A DNA stretch of 62,842 bases, from the IMG/VR virus record IMGVR_UViG_3300045988_149506; one strand, written 5' to 3'. A model generated the notes under the pieces. That model did no database searches and was not told the origin of the DNA. It was given only the letters and a program-made list of their open reading frames with translations. Of this stretch, positions 61,200 to 62,842 are shown in pieces. Origin of the DNA: a virus. Made by a program: the position numbers and the translations under genes. Position 1 is the stretch's first letter. Every line of letters starts with the position of its first letter.

Positions 61200-62666
61200 C
61201 TACTTTTTGCCCCTCATGCGTTCAAAATACTTGGTTTGGTCTTTGGTGATGTTCTTCACCTTTATCTGTATGGTGCAAGTGCTAGGTACGTTGTCGTTTA
61301 TGTTGGCCATCAGTTGGTCAATAATCTCATCCGTGTTCTTGTAGCCCTTGCCATCTAAATGAGCCACCACCTCGCCCATGAAGTAGGCATCGGCACAGAG
61401 TTCAAATGTTTCCTCCACCTTTTCAAAAACAGGCGCATGATACTCCTGTATTCGTCTGCTTGGGTCATTGGTAAAGAAAATCTTCTCCACCACCTTCTCG
61501 TTCAGTTCCCAAGCTCTGGAGAAGTCTGGCTTCACATAGCCCATGGTAATCTTATGAGTACTAACGTGATTCATTGCAAAGCCTATCTCTTCATAGTTGG
61601 CACCAATATCATTTTGCGCTATAGTTGCCCAAGTGTGGCGAAAAGTATAAGGAGTTATCTTCAATTCACTATCCTTCAATGTATTGACACAGAATTTCTT
61701 TAGAAAGATGCACAAATTACTATCCATCGACCTGCTACACCCATAGCTTTTATGGAAATTAAACAGATATGGGTCATCTTTATCTGCGAAATACTTCGTC
61801 ATTGTAGGTAGGAGCATATCAGGAACTCTCATTTCTATATATGCTTCATCAGCTCTAGCCGATTGCGTCTTCTGGCGCTTGTAATGAAGAATACCATCAT
61901 AATAATCAACCTTCTTCATTACATAAAGGTCAGCCACATTGATTCCGGCAAGACACAATACCATCTTGCACACATCCACTGCCAGGCATTCTGTCTTAGA
62001 AGAAGGAATCACAGAAAAAATCCTTCTGCAATCCTCCATCAGGATAGCACGCTTTTTGGGTACAACATGATTAGGAAACTCCACCTTAGTCCAAGGATTC
62101 ACCTTTATTCTTACGATGTCGTTGTCATAATCATTATATTTAGCCACACCTGCCTTGAACATTTTCTTTAAGAACCTTGGATAGAAGGCTTTCTTTGACT
62201 TAGAATCCTTCATACTATCTATCCATCCTTGCACAAGTTTGGTGTTCAATTCGCTAAACATTACTTTCTCAGAACCACAATATCTTTCTATGCTATGCAA
62301 TGTATTGTGATAATTGACAAGAGACTGAGGTCTCAATGTTTCTGACAATTCACCAATATATTCTCTAGCGAAGTCTGAGAAACACACATCAGCATCATTC
62401 TGCTCCAGATAGTCCCTAACCTGTTCAGCACTCCAAGAACGGATGTCAAGCTTATTCAGCTTGAACATCCATTCTTCAATAATTTGGTTCAGAGAATTAA
62501 GCACAAAAGAATCCTTAACATCATGAGAACCCTTCACGATGCCCTTCTGCCCCACCATCTTGCTCGTCTTGATATAAAGCGACCTACGATTATGAGTCAT
62601 TCGAATGTACACTTGATAAAAGCCATCAGACCTCTGATGCTGAACAACAATTTTAAATGTAGCCAT
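61200..62666 (-). CDS. int: Tyrosine site-specific integrase (Bacteroidota phage-integrase type) with a ~110-aa C-terminal extension
   Basis: Arm-binding-like N-terminus (MATFKIVVQHQRSDGFYQVYIRMTHNRRSLYIKT). Catalytic region is YTFRHTWATIAQ...GFAMNHVSTHKITMGYV. Confidence 0.85.
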   Translation of the reverse strand: MATFKIVVQHQRSDGFYQVYIRMTHNRRSLYIKTSKMVGQKGIVKGSHDVKDSFVLNSLNQIIEEWMFKLNKLDIRSWSAEQVRDYLEQNDADVCFSDFAREYIGELSETLRPQSLVNYHNTLHSIERYCGSEKVMFSELNTKLVQGWIDSMKDSKSKKAFYPRFLKKMFKAGVAKYNDYDNDIVRIKVNPWTKVEFPNHVVPKKRAILMEDCRRIFSVIPSSKTECLAVDVCKMVLCLAGINVADLYVMKKVDYYDGILHYKRQKTQSARADEAYIEMRVPDMLLPTMTKYFADKDDPYLFNFHKSYGCSRSMDSNLCIFLKKFCVNTLKDSELKITPYTFRHTWATIAQNDIGANYEEIGFAMNHVSTHKITMGYVKPDFSRAWELNEKVVEKIFFTNDPSRRIQEYHAPVFEKVEETFELCADAYFMGEVVAHLDGKGYKNTDEIIDQLMANINDNVPSTCTIQIKVKNITKDQTKYFERMRGKK

Positions 62667-62743
62667 AGTAATTTTATTTTCAAAGCAATTTCAAAACAAA
62701 CGCACTTGTTTGTCACGTTTAACGTGTCAAACGTTTCTAAAAC

Positions 62744-62842
62744 ACTATACTTCTGACTATCTAGAAACCAACGATTTACGCTATTTCATTAAATATCAAG
62801 CAATTATAAAAATATGCTTTCTAATTTCCAAACCAAATTCAT
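62744..62842. repeat. Terminal direct repeat, right copy (identical to 1-99)
   Basis: Identical 99 nt. It starts 77 nt beyond the integrase start codon. Confidence 0.95.

Noticed and set aside
1-62842. Diversity-generating retroelement, retron, CRISPR-Cas or toxin-antitoxin pairs
   Set aside because: No reverse-transcriptase-like ORF (no YxDD-type motif seen), no template/variable repeat pair, no spaced repeat array and no obvious small adjacent TA pair was found.

Overview
The window looks like the complete genome (about 62.7 kb unique) of a temperate tailed dsDNA phage of a Bacteroidota (Bacteroidales-type) host. The first 99 nt are identical to the last 99 nt, so it is either a circular or terminally redundant assembly, or a prophage cut exactly at attL/attR. 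Host assignment rests on repeated Bacteroidetes-type -7 promoter boxes (TAnnTTTG), the absence of Shine-Dalgarno sites, lipobox lipoproteins, a Bacteroides-style tyrosine integrase and a DUF4494-like protein.

Gene layout:
- Lysogeny module on the minus strand, spanning the junction: integrase, lipoprotein, membrane-anchored coiled-coil Mrr-like nuclease, XRE repressor.
- Early and replication genes on the plus strand, 2.9-12.9 kb: ASCH-like protein, C5 DNA methyltransferase, replication initiator with internal iteron-like repeats, VRR-NUC nuclease, DUF4494-like protein, many small Cys-rich proteins.
- A plus-strand late block, 12.9-17.4 kb, including a 973-aa protein.
- Minus-strand late genes, 17.5-34.8 kb: lysis cassette (holin, GH19 endolysin, u-spanin-like protein), structural proteins, an LRR receptor-binding protein, a CotH-like tail fibre, major capsid protein, scaffold.
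- Packaging genes: TerL preceded by a rhomboid-like membrane protein, and the portal.
- A 5,717-aa multidomain polyvalent protein taking about 27% of the genome, co-oriented with two Ala/Gln/Gly-rich proteins.

Most notable observations:
1. The giant polyvalent effector-like protein.
2. A phage-specific promoter architecture. A 14-bp palindrome, AAGTTGCGCAACTT, sits exactly 26 nt from -7 boxes at five loci, two of them bidirectional.
3. A C5-methyltransferase locus whose conserved motifs are split between two long overlapping reading frames, with strong stop-codon avoidance in the alternative frame.
4. A lipoprotein plus TM/coiled-coil/Mrr-nuclease cassette in the lysogeny module, a candidate defence or exclusion system.
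5. A conserved 34-nt hairpin element present three times, with one compensatory change.
6. A tRNA-like 3' structure in a 366-bp non-coding gap.

All functional calls come from reading motifs by eye. No database search was run.
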